A DNA stretch of 64,000 nucleotides from Eledone cirrhosa. Taxonomy: Eukaryota. Below, one piece after another: positions 1-11,644 of the stretch. Within the stretch, counting starts at the first letter, position 1. Every line of letters begins with the position of its first letter. Position numbers and translations under genes: made by a program. The notes beneath the pieces are model-generated. The model was not told where the DNA came from. It made no database searches and saw nothing but the letters and a program-made list of their open reading frames with translations. The DNA lies in contig OZ024740.1 of NCBI GenBank assembly GCA_964016885.1, forward strand, positions 81,344,001 through 81,408,000, given 5' to 3'.

Positions 1-1870
1 TGAGGGCGGCTGGCTTTGGGCCCGTCTTCAGAGGCTGGATCGCTGCCATGCACAGCGACATCTGCTCTGTAGTGAGAGTGAACGGTCACCTTTCGGAACC
101 GTTCAACATCATGCGCTCGGTCCGCCAAGGATGTCCCCTCTTGTCCCTACTGTATGTATTGACTCTCGAGCCATTACTGCACAAACTGGAGACTTTGAGG
201 GGGGTCCCGCGCGATCTAGGATGCGGAAGATCCGTGTCAGCTTATGCCGACGATGTTACCGTAGTGGTGTCGAACGCCAAACACATCGAGGCGATCGGCA
301 CTACAATAAGAGAATACGAAGCGGTGACAGGAGCAATGATCAACCAGGAAAAGTCAGTGGGGCTGCAGCTCGGCACCTGGAGAGGCAGGTCTATGCCGTC
401 CAACAGCGTCGTCAGGCGCTGGACGGACCGACCGGTTTAATTGCTAGGGGTCTGGTTCGGTCCGGACCTCCAGACGGACAAAAACTGGGACGAGGTGACG
501 AGCAGGGTGGCTTCTCTCACACAGAAATGGGCCGAGAGGAAGCTATCCCTGAAAGGTCGAGCGGGGTGGCTAACGCGTACATCGCGTCCTTCATCTACTA
601 CCGCCTGACCGTCGTACCTTGTCCTAAGCCCCGCCTGACTGCGCCGGAGCGTTTGCTCTTTCGCTTTTTGTGGAAGGGACGCGCTCCGATGGTCAGGCGG
701 TCCATCTGCTGTCAACACCCGCTACGTGGAGGGCTGGGCGTGCCGTGGCTGATGATGCGCTGACACGCGCTCAGGCTACGACATATCCACCTCTTCCTCG
801 ACGGTGATCAGGTGTGGTCGCCGTTTACTAGACACGTTTTTCCCCAGCTCATCTCCTTGACGGAGCTGCAGTCCTGTGTTAAGCGAAGACCGAAAGGGAG
901 CGCTTGGAGACTGGAATGTCTTCAGGCGCTCACAGCCCTCGACCAATCGGGCAATGTGATCGGTGGAAACTCCACCTCGGCGTTCTATAGAAGATTAATG
1001 GAGGAGAAGAGCGACAACGTATTTGGAGAAACTCTAGGCGTCGACGAAAATCAACTAGCCAATCTCTTCGGAAGGACTTTCGGGCCGGGGCCTATGGACA
1101 ACTTCCAGAAATCCCTGTCCTGGCAGTGCTACCGGGGTGCTTTACCAGTTCGGGATAAACTTTACAGGCATGGAGGTGCCGTCAGCCGGGCATGTCCGAG
1201 ATGCGCGCAGGGCGACGAAACCGTCCTGCACGCACTCGTCCAGTGTCCGAAAATTGCTGACTTGTGGGTTTATGTCGAACACATGCTGTCGCGTTTAGGA
1301 CGGATCCAGCTATCATCTGAGTCCATCGTGAGGATTGCCCCGCTCTCCTCCTTTAGCCGGGAAGGGCAGGCAGTTTTTATCTGTCTGGTGGCCAAGGCGA
1401 AAGAGATAGTATGGTGGACACGTTTGAAAGGGCTGAAGACGAGCACTTACTTCTTCGGTGATGCTCTGATTGACTTTTTCAAATTTCATTTGAAAAGGAA
1501 AATCAGAGTAGAGAGGGAAGTGCTCTCTTCCCAGCATTTTGTTGAAAGATGGGTGGGAGAAGCAAGAATGGCCCGAGTGAATGGGCCTACTCTGAGTATA
1601 TATCTGTAAATTAAAGGTGGAAAACTGGGAGAGGGCACTTGCCTTGGTGGTCAGGGTCATTGTGGCTTTTTACTGGGCTTTCTCCACAAATGTCCCTCCG
1701 AAGTCTCCCCCCTATTGGGGAATTTTTCATTGTTATTTTCATTGTTATTTTTGTTAAATCCTCTGTTTTTGTTTTTTACACGCAGAAATGCCCATTTGTA
1801 CCGTCCTGCATTGTCCTGCACTGTCCTTAATGTCTACTTTATGTAAACCCTTGTGGTTAATAAAGAAATC
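1..1870 (+). mobile_element. Tx1/L1-clade non-LTR retrotransposon copy 1 (3' part, runs off window start)
   Basis: RT motifs VRQGCPL and AYADD, C-terminal Zn finger CPRC..ET.LH...C; ORF2 ends at 1609 with an internal TAA (438-440), a frameshift near 563 and a TGA at 761-763; 3'UTR with AATAAA followed by (ATT)n. Confidence 0.93.
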
Positions 1871-1883
1871 ATTATTATTATTA

Positions 1884-1948
<65 letters not shown>
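1871..1948 (+). repeat. (ATT)n microsatellite between Tx1 copies 1 and 2
   Basis: About 26 units read directly, one ATC variant. Confidence 0.98.
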
Positions 1949-2157
1949 GGTGACCTACGTAGTAAATCGTATCATCGTGAGCTCCGCAAAGGTTTGTTAT
2001 TTCCGTTTGTTAAAAATTGTCATTTATGTAAAATTTTATTGTTAACTGTTTATAAGCGCACATACATTGTTTTCCGAAAAGGACACCCAAAAAGATTGGG
2101 GCCTTGTGCCCAAAATTTAAACTTTTATGATTATCAAAACATTTCTTTGAAAAAAAA

Positions 2158-4095
2158 ATGGCTAATTCACCACTGCACCAAGCAGCTGAAAGCCTTTCTC
2201 ACAAATTAAAACCTCACACCGACACCACCATTGTAAATGTTACTACGTTTGCCAACACTACAAAAAATATAAGCAGTAGCAATATTTTAAATTTGTCTCA
2301 GGCAGACATTCATTTCCCGCCATTACCACCACCGCGACAACCACCACCCCCACCACCACAGCGACAACAGAAACAAAAGAAGAAAAAAATAAATTAACTC
2401 GTGATGTCGAAATGAAATCAAGCAAAATGGACTCTTCCCCACCAAAGACGACTGACGTCACCACCACCACAACTGAAACTAAAATTAATATTAACACAAA
2501 TAACGATAGCAACAACAACAACAATGACATTATAAAAACCACCCTCAGTTTTGCCAGAGTAGCAAAACGGTTCGAAGCATTTACGGTAACTCAGGAGGAT
2601 TTAGAAAATGCCAAACAAATGGTAAAGAAAGATGGGTACAGGGTCAGCCTCACCCCCCACCTAATAAAATGGAGCATCGGCGCCTATGCACCGTGTCGTA
2701 TCGAACAATTAATGTAAAATCGCGCCGAGTGGAACGGGCATCCGAGTCCCAAATCCCAAAAGCTTTGGGACATGTGTGGGCAAGAAAAACCCACATCAGA
2801 CGTGGGCAGAAGTATGGAACCGTGGACGTGTTCTTTGAAACACCAGAGGAGGCTAGAGAACACTCCATGGCCCCATTAAGATGTGACGACTTCACACTCG
2901 TCCCAAGCTATTGTGGCCAGAGACTCGTAAAGATCAGGGTGACCCACGTTCCACCGGCCATCGAAATTCCCTGGCTAATAGCGGCCGTCCTCGCCGGCAT
3001 CGAAGCCAGCACAAAAATAATAGCAATAGCAAAAGAAAAGCAGGAGAACTGGTCCGGATCTGGGATGGAGCTCCTGATCCAAGCGGACCAAAAAAGCATT
3101 GAGGAGCTCCCAGAGGTTATAGACCTCACTGACGGCAGCCACCTCACGGTAATTGTCGAGGGCAGAAGACCTAGGTGTGTCGTTTGTGGTGAAGGAACCC
3201 ACCTAAGGGCTTTCTGCTCTCAGGCTAAAAGGTTGAGGCCACCTCTCCTACCCACCCCTGTGACACAACCATCAACACCACCAGTAGCAGAGATGGCAGC
3301 AACAACTGTAGCAGCAACAACAGAAGCAACTATAACAGCAACAACCCCAGCAACAGTAGCAAAGCCAACACCACCACCACCACCACCCAACGCTTCAGAA
3401 CTAGCACCAGCGCCTACACCATCCACCACGCCACAACCAAAACTAACGCCTGTGGAGAATTTTCCACTCCCCGGCCTATCACAACTGGAGACAGATTGTG
3501 ACGACGAGGAGTGGGAAACGATATCCGGAAAAAAAAAAGAAACCAAAAAAGAAAAAATTCTCTTCCTTCCCCCTCCAAAAACAAAATACAGAGGGAAACA
3601 AATAAATTAAGAAACAAAAAAGTTAGGACAGATATGCCACCATCCACACCAGCATCACCAACCCCATCAACCCAAACACCAACACCATCACCATCATTAA
3701 CCCCAACACCACCATCACCTACACCACAAAAGTCAGCAACATGCGAAACAGAAACAAACCCACAACAAACGCAAACAAAACAAAACAACCAAAACGATAC
3801 ACACTACACAGCATTAAATTTGAACAACAAGCAATTATTACACTACATCCAACACAACACCAGCATCACAGAAAAAAACTACACAACAACCCCAAAATTC
3901 ACACCACCTCCACACATACAAATCACTCGCATCACACAGAAAACGTACATGACACTAAAAAAAAAATTCCCCAAAGATATCGGAGACTTCCGACAAGCAC
4001 TCTCCAGAAGGATTTATAAGGACATCCTTCCTGAGGAGGCCACAAGCTGTGAAAAGGATGGAAAAACCGTCTTTCCCCTACGAGAAGTAAGGTAA
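2158..4095 (+). pseudogene. Tx1 ORF1 (RRM-like + CCHC knuckle + Pro/Thr-rich tail), frameshifted
   Basis: ORF pieces 2158-2397, 2412-2717, 2669-3610, 3511-4095; CVVCGEGTHLRAFC = C-x2-C-x4-H-x4-C; breaks fall in homopolymer or low-complexity runs. Confidence 0.82.
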
Positions 4096-4129
4096 GTGGT
4101 CTTTCCCATCTTTTCCACTCCTTTTCAAC

Positions 4130-7100
4130 ATGACCTCACTCAGAATAGGCAGCATAAATGCGCGTGGCTTGGGGTCGTCATGGAAGCAGGGCCACCTGCT
4201 CAACGACCTCAGGTCACTAAACATAGATGTAGTGGCAATCAACGAGACCAGAATCTCCGAAGCACAGGCTTTCGCACCGATCTTCGGCGGCTACGATGTG
4301 TACGCATCTCCCAGGGGTCCGGGATCGGGGGGAGGAGTTGCTGTGCTTTTTTGGAGAGGTTTGGATCTTGCCATACGGGCCATCTTCCTGGACCCAGAAG
4401 GTAAGTTGGTGGTGCTGGACGTGACCAGCGGAGACGGGCAAGCTTTCAGGTTAGTGGCCGTCTATGCCCCGACAGGAGCAGGGCGACCTGATTTCTTCCG
4501 GCGTCTGGAGACCTTTCTTGGAACGTCCCGCTCTTTAGTGTTTGTGGGCGACTGGAACGGGATCTTAGATGCACGCTGGGATTGTGTGGGATTAGTGGAT
4601 AGGGAAGGAGGGTGCAAGAGTCTCACAAACCTGCTCAGACGTTTTGAACTGTCTGACAGGTACCGAATGGATTTCCCGAATGTACCAATGTGGACTTGGA
4701 CAAATCGCATAGGGTCATCCAGATCATATCTAGATAGAGTATTTTGTAGGGAAATAGATAGGTCTAGCATAGGCTGTCCACAATTCAAGATAGTCAGCTA
4801 CACGGACCACAAATTCGTGATCTGTGTGCTTAACTTAGATAGGCTTCATAGACGAGGACCCGGCTACTGGAAGCTAAACGCGTCCTTACCAGTGCGCAAG
4901 GCCTACAGAGACCGGATTAGCGAACTAGTTAAGCGGGCGTTGACGGGGGCCATCGTCAACAACAAGTGGTGGTTTGCTCTGAAAAGAGCAATTAGAACAG
5001 AGTCCATTAGGTTTAGTAAGAATTTAGCAATAGAGAAAAATAGAGCAGAGGGAGAATTAGTTAAAAAATTAGATGAGGCGCTTAGCAAAGGCATCGCGAC
5101 CGATGTACTTGCGGCGAAATTGGCCCTTGACCAATTCTTCAATGCAAAGCACGAAGGCTGCGTTGTCAGAGCTAGGGTGGGTGTTCTCAGACACGAGGGG
5201 ACGAAAGCCGTTCAATGGGCCCGAGTGGCGGGGGCGCGTCGTGGCAACAAAGCCACGATCCGGTCTTTGGTGGACCACGACGGGTGCATGCTACTCGATC
5301 CCGTGCAAATGTGTGAAGCTTTTCAGCGACACTTCGCTCAACTGTTCGGGGGCATTGGCTGGCCGGATCGAGGGATGGACTTTAGTGTCTACCTCGACGG
5401 ACTGCCGCGGCTTTCGGCCACTGAGGCGGAGTGTTGCGAAAAACCGATAACATCCGCTGAACTACGGGATGCAATGACTAGTTGCACAAGGGGTAAATCG
5501 CCTGGTTTTGATGGTATGCCCTATGAACTTTACGTACAAATGCCAGACTTGTTCGGAGGCCCCTTGGCGGACGTCTACTGCAACTGGCAACAGAACGGGA
5601 GAATTCCCAGCTCTGTGAGCCGAGGAGCGGTGGCGCTGCTGAGAAAAGATCCGAACAAGGGAGATAACATAGATAATTTTAGGCCCATAACTCTGCTAAA
5701 CACAGAGTTCAAGATTTTGGCCAAGGTGCTAGCAAAGAGGTTGGCGCTTGTCGTTGCTGGTCTGGTGGGAGAGGCACAGACATGCGCCATTCCCGACAGA
5801 TCCATCCACGACAACCTCCACCTCATGCGATACATCGTAGAGAGGGTAACTAGAGAACCTGGCACGGGTGGGTCTTTGATCAATTTAGATCAGTCGAAAG
5901 CCTTCGATAGGGTCGACCATCGTCACCTAGCGGCAGTCCTGAGGGCGGCTGGCTTTGGGCCCGTCTTCAGAGGCTGGATCGCTGCCATGCACAGCGACAT
6001 CTGTTCTGTAGTGAGAGTGAACGGTCACCTTTCGGAACCGTTCAACATCATGCGCTCGGTCCGCCAAGGATGTCCCCTCTTGTCCCTACTGTATGTATTG
6101 ACTCTCGAGCCATTACTGCACAAACTGGAGACTTTGAGGGGGGTCCCGCGCGATCTAGGATGCGGAAGATCCGTGTCAGCATATGCCGACGATGTTACCG
6201 TAGTGGTGTCGAACGCCAAACACATCGAGGCGATCGGCACTACAATAAGAGAATACGAAGCGGTGACAGGAGCAATGATCAACCAGGAAAAGTCAGTGGG
6301 GCTGCAGCTCGGCACCTGGAGAGGCAGGTCTATGCCGTCCAACAGCGTCGTCAGGCGCTGGACGGACCGACCGGTTTAATTGCTAGGGGTCTGGTTCGGT
6401 CCGGACCTCCAGACGGACAAAAACTGGGACGAGGTGACGAGCAGGGTGGCTTCTCTCACACAGAAATGGGCCGAGAGGAAGCTATCCCTGAAAGGTCGAG
6501 CGGGGTGGCTAACGCGTACATCGCGTCCGTCATCTACTACCGCCTGACCGTCGTACCTTGTGCTAAGCCCCGCCTGACTGCGCCGGAGCGTTTGCTCTTT
6601 CGCTTTTCGTGGAAGGGACGCGCTCCGATGGTCAGGCGGTCCATCTGCTGTCAACACCCGCTACGTGGAGGGCTGGGCGTGCCGTGGCTGATGATGCGCA
6701 GACACGCGCTCAGGCTACGACATATCCACCTCTTCCTCGACGGTGATCAGGTGTGGTCGCCGTTTACTAGACACGTTTTTCCCCAGCTCATCTCCTTGAC
6801 GGAGCTGCAGTCCTGTGTTAAGCGAAGACCGAGAGGGAGCGCTTGGAGACTGGAATGTCTTCAGGCGCTCACAGCCCTCGACCAATCGGGCAATGTGATC
6901 GGTGGAAACTCCACCTCGGCGTTCTATAGAAGATTAGTGGAGGAGAAGAGCGACGACGTATTTGGAGAAACTCTAGGCGTCGACGAAAATCAACTAGCCA
7001 ATCTCTTCGGAAGGACTTTCGGGCCGGGGCCTATGGACAACTTCCAGAAATCCCTGTCCTGGCAGTGCTACCGGGGTGCTTTACCAGTTCGGGATAAACT

Positions 7101-7548
7101 TTACAGGCATGGAGGTGCCGTCAGCCGGGCATGTCCGAGATGCGCAGAGGGCGACGAAACCGCCCTGCACGCACTCGTCCAGTGTCCGAGCATTGCTGAC
7201 TTGTGGGTTTATGTCGAACACCTGCTGTCACGTGTAGGACGGATCCAGCTATCAGCTGAGTCCATCGTGAGGATTGCCCCGCCCTCTTCCTTTAGCCGGG
7301 AAGGGCAGGCAGTTTTTATCTGTCTGGTGGCCATGGCGAAAGAGATAGTATGGTGGACACGTTGGAAAGGGCTGAAGACGAGCACTTACCTCTTCGGTGA
7401 TGCCCTGATTAACTTGTTCAAATTTTATCTGAAAAGGAAAATCAGGGTAGAGAGGGAAGTGCTCTCTTCCCAGCATTTTGTTGAAAGATGGGTGAGAGAA
7501 GCAAATATGGCCCGAATGAATGGGCCTTCTCTGAGTATGTGTCTGTAA
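4130..7548 (+). pseudogene. Tx1 ORF2 (APE endonuclease, reverse transcriptase, Zn finger), disrupted
   Basis: APE motifs INARG, E, VYAP, GDWN, YLDRV, TDH; RT motifs FRPITLLN, DQSKAFDRV, RQGCPL, YADD; TAA at 6377-6379 and a frameshift near 6503. Confidence 0.93.
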
Positions 7549-7780
7549 ATTAAAGGTGGAAAACTGGGAGAGGGCACTTGCCCTGGTGGTCAGGGCCACT
7601 GTGGGGGCTTTCTCCACAAATGTCCCTTGGAAGTCTCCCCACTATTGGGGAATTTTTCTTTGTTATTTTATTTCAACCTCTGTTTTTTACACGCAGAAAT
7701 GCCCATTTGTACCGTCCTGTATTGTCCTGTACTGTCCTTAATGTCTACTTTATGTGAACCCTTGTGGTTAATAAAGAAAA

Positions 7781-7781
<1 letters not shown>

Positions 7782-7829
<48 letters not shown>
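7782..7829 (+). repeat. (ATT)n joining the Tx1 copy 2 3' end and the Dong-like 3' end (tail to tail)
   Basis: 16 perfect units. Confidence 0.98.
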
Positions 7830-7903
7830 TTTTGAGTCTCAGTCATTGACGTTAGTTAACTGGAAAGTTTGTTGAAATTAATATCAAGTCACTACCTGCA
7901 GCC

Positions 7904-10900
7904 TCAGATATTCAGGACGTATCGAAGGGTTCTTGCTGTTCCCAGCAAGCATGCCTTTTGGAGCGTTCCAAAAATCGTGAAGGGGCCAATTTTCTGTAAC
8001 CATCCCTGGAAACTTTTTGAGATAGTCCCTAGAGCGCCTATGACAATCGGGATCACTTTGACATATTAGCAGTTCCAAATCCTTTTTACCTCCCACTTTA
8101 AGTCCTGGTATCGGTTAATTTTCTCCCTCTCCTTCTCTTGCACTCTCGTGTCGAATGGGCAGGCCACATCCACAATCAGGCACGATTTTTTTCTTTGTCC
8201 AAAACCACCAGGTCAGGTCTATTGTGTTCCAGTTCCTTGTCCGTCTGTATCCTAAAATGCCACAGCACCTTCACCGGATCGTTTTCTATCACCGCCTCTG
8301 GCTTATGCTCATACCACTTCTCAGAATGTGGTAAATTGTTTACTTTGCATAGGTGCCAGTGGATCACCCTGCCCATCACATCATGTTTCTAGCCCTTATA
8401 GTGAGTCTGGGCTAGGTGTTTACACTCGGATACAATGTGAGCCACAGTCTCCTCTCTCACTCCACAGATCCTGCACAGTGGGCTAGCCTCCTCCTTGTAA
8501 ATAAGGTGTTTCAACCACTTCGTTTTGAGGGCCTGCTCCTGCGCAGCCATTAACATTCCTTCTGTAGCCTTTTTGAGGTCTCCTCTTCTCAACCAGTTCC
8601 ATGTCTGTGGATCTCTAAATTCAGTTTTCTCAAAGAAGGTACTATGAAGGGATTTTCCCTGAAGGCTGCTCTTTCTCCTTGATGTTATTTCCTCCTTGGA
8701 CATCCCCTGGCCTATTGTCCCCTCCTTCAGTACAGTTCTGAGCATTGGCTCCTTACTATCAGTCACGTATTTGTGTAGGTTGTTTTTCTCCATCTGAACA
8801 CAGTCCTCTATGCTGATAAGCCCTCTTCCACCTTAAGTAGAGTCTATCGACATCACTCCTCTTGTGGGACATATTGTAGATAGTCAATAGCTTCCTAGTC
8901 TTCCTATCCATTTCTTTTTGTTCAGCAACATTCCATCTCAGAATTCCCGCACTGTACCTAATAATAGACACAGCTCGGGAATTTACTGGACTTATGGCAT
9001 TCCTACTGTTCAGATGTGACTTTAATACGCTCCTTACTCTCCGAAGGTATTCAGTTCTTATCAATTCCTTCATTTTTTTGTTCTTGACGTCATCAGCCTC
9101 CAGAACGCCCAAATACTTGTATCCTTCCTCAGAGTCAATTTCCTTTATCATCTCACCTGTTGGTATCTGGATTCCGTTAGTTCTGCTCAACGTACCCCTC
9201 CTCATCACAATGACTCCACACTTACTAATACTAAATTGCATACAAATATCATTGCTGAAAATACGGACAGTGTCAACAAGCACATCCAACTCCTTCTCAC
9301 TCTTCCCGAAGAGCTTAAGATCGTCCATGAAGAGGAGGTGATTTATGGTAAGCCCTCCCTTTCCCAACCTCTATCCTGCTCTCAATTTTCGCAGTACACT
9401 GGTCAGGGGCATCAGGGCAAGGACAAACAACAGAGGGGACAGACTATCTCATTGGAAGATACCTCCCTTGATCTTCACGCTTCCCAAGGATTCTCCAGTT
9501 GATGTTAACTCTGTTTCCCAGGACTTCATAATTTTGCCCAACAACTGTCTGATGTTATCTGCCACCATGAAGCTCTCCAGGCTTTTGGTGATCCAAGAAT
9601 GAGGCACCATGTCAAATGCCTTTTTGTAGTTTATCCATCCCATGGCAAGACCAGTGTGTCTCCTCTTGCAATTCCTCATTACCATTTTATCAATAAGTAA
9701 CTGGCCCTTTGTACCACGTGACTTCTTTCGGCATCCTTTCTGTTCGTCCGGTAACAAGTTGTTTGTGTGGAGGTAATGGTAGATTTCCTCAGACATAGTG
9801 CTTGTCAACAGTTTCCACATTACGGACAGACATGTGATAGGTCTATAGTTGGTAACATCATTACCCTTGATTCGGTCTTTCATTATCAGAACTGTGGTAC
9901 CTTTTGTCAACCACTCTGGTACCTCACCTGACATCAAGCAGTCATTGAACATGGTTGTCAGTTTCGGGTGGAGGGATGTTATGTTTTTAATCCAATACCC
10001 CTGCACACCATCTGGGCCAGGTGATTTCCAGTTGGTTAGTTTTTTGGCCTGCCCCTTAAGAGTTTCAACTGTGATACTCAAATCAGTTTGTTGGTATGCC
10101 TGTTCACTGATCTCCTTCTGTACTGTCTGAATCCACACTGCCTTGTCATTATGTTTAACATCCTGCTCCCATATTCCTCTCCAGAAAGTTTTAGTTTGTT
10201 CCGCCTCAGGGATCAAGTCGTTGCCTCTTTCTTTCCCTTCAAGCTGTCCAAACAGCATCTTCTGGTTGTTGTCGAACATGCGATTCTGTCTATACTGGCT
10301 GACCCTGTTCTCGTATCGCCTGATTTTTGCACTCTTTGCTACAATGCGTTGCTTCAGTTCCTCTATGATAATATTTAGCTTTTTTCTCCTAGTTTCGTAC
10401 TTTATTTCCAGTCTATTTTTGGTGTCTATGTTTTTTCGTGTCCCATTCAGTAGGGACTCAAGCTTTCCAATGTTATTTCTCATTTCCCTGATTTGACCAC
10501 TCAGTCGTTTCTTCCACCAAGGCTCTGCTATTTCTTGTCTGTTGTTTCCCCTCGCTTTTATACCAAGTAGTTGCCTCACCGTATTTGGTGTTGTTTTGAG
10601 GATATTGTTGCATTGGTGAAGGCTCCTCGCCTCAAGGTATGGGATGACTTTGTTTACCTTAGCTATTGTTTCTTTTAACTTTTTCCTGTCTACAAATCTT
10701 AGGTTCATAGGTCTCCCACTATCATTGTTCAATTCATCTACCAGTAAGTTTAGGATATCTACCAAATCTTGTCCTAGCCCGTCAGCATTCATCTCCTCAG
10801 TGGCCGTATCTCTGTTCCAGGTATTATTTATCTCAGCATTCAGATCATTGTCTGTTTCGGGTGGTTCCTCCGTTCTCTCGACCTCTTCACCTTCATTTGC

Positions 10901-11323
10901 CACTGGCTCGTTTGCCTGGCATACTCCACCCTCCATCTCCAAGCTAATCTCTCTACTCAGTTCCTCCAGTTCCAGCTCGCTTATCCACCCATTAGTTCTT
11001 ATTACCCGAGCCTGCCCGACCAGTTTTTGTTCATCTAATTTAAATGGACCAATCTCGTTCCAGATGTTATGCATCCTTTTCCTATATCCTTTCTCCTTGG
11101 GGTTACTCTTCAGGTAACATTGCATAACAGTTCTATTCAATTCTTTCGTCCAGTTGGTTCTGGTCCCTTTCCTTCTTCTTCTTCCTCCGACACCAGCAGT
11201 ATTTGGTTGACAGCCAGGTCCCTGCTGCTGAGCCAGGGTGCACCTGTTGGGTGAGAGTCTGTCACATGACATTCTAGTATCTATTTCACCGTTATTCGAA
11301 CTGTTTAGGTTCATTTTAAACAC
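7904..11323 (-). pseudogene. Dong/R4-like ORF: RT + CCHC + restriction-like endonuclease, disrupted
   Basis: KSPGPDG, YRPITCL, KKAFDMVPH, IFQ*DSLSP (stop within the motif), LFMDD, YKYLG, CRICG..ETVAHIVSEC, HNRPDLVV. Confidence 0.9.
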
Positions 11324-11644
11324 TCTTATCGAGGATTGGCGAATGTATGGTTACATAACTATCGGTGAATTACTTGTCTCCGGTGGTTTCGTCACTCCAC
11401 AGGACTTTTGTGTGGCATTATCACGCTGTAGACGAACCCAAATAAACAAACAAACAAACAGGCAGAAAAAAACCCCAAAATGAATAAGCATAAGTTTCAT
11501 TGTAATGTAGTGTCTGAATGTCTGACTTAGTTTTTCCCTTCCCTTCTCTGTCCGTCCGTTTGTTTTCCTCTTCATTTTTATTTCCTTTACGTTTTTCGTT
11601 GTTGCTGTGCTGCTTTGATTTTGATTTTTTTTATTTTATTTTAT

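Larger units (their letters stand above)
1949..7781 (+). mobile_element. Full-length Tx1/L1-clade retrotransposon copy 2 (5' type A)
   Basis: Begins GGTGACCTACG right after (ATT)n; ORF1 and ORF2; 3'UTR ends AATAAAGAAAAC then (ATT)n. Confidence 0.93.

Noticed and set aside
1788-2209. Poly-Leu and poly-Ile ORFs (also near 7.6-7.9, 19.2-19.8 and 25.3-25.7 kb)
   Set aside because: Translations of (ATT)n tracts and UTRs, not proteins.
2650-3545. Programmed frameshifting within ORF1 (poly-C near 2655, poly-A near 3530)
   Set aside because: Run lengths differ between copies 2 and 4, consistent with slippage or long-read homopolymer error.
2908-7617. Recurrent antisense ORFs in Tx1 copies (MNCGQP.., MKNWSR.., MIKDPP..)
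   Set aside because: Shadow frames of ORF1/ORF2; they recur only because the copies are near-identical.
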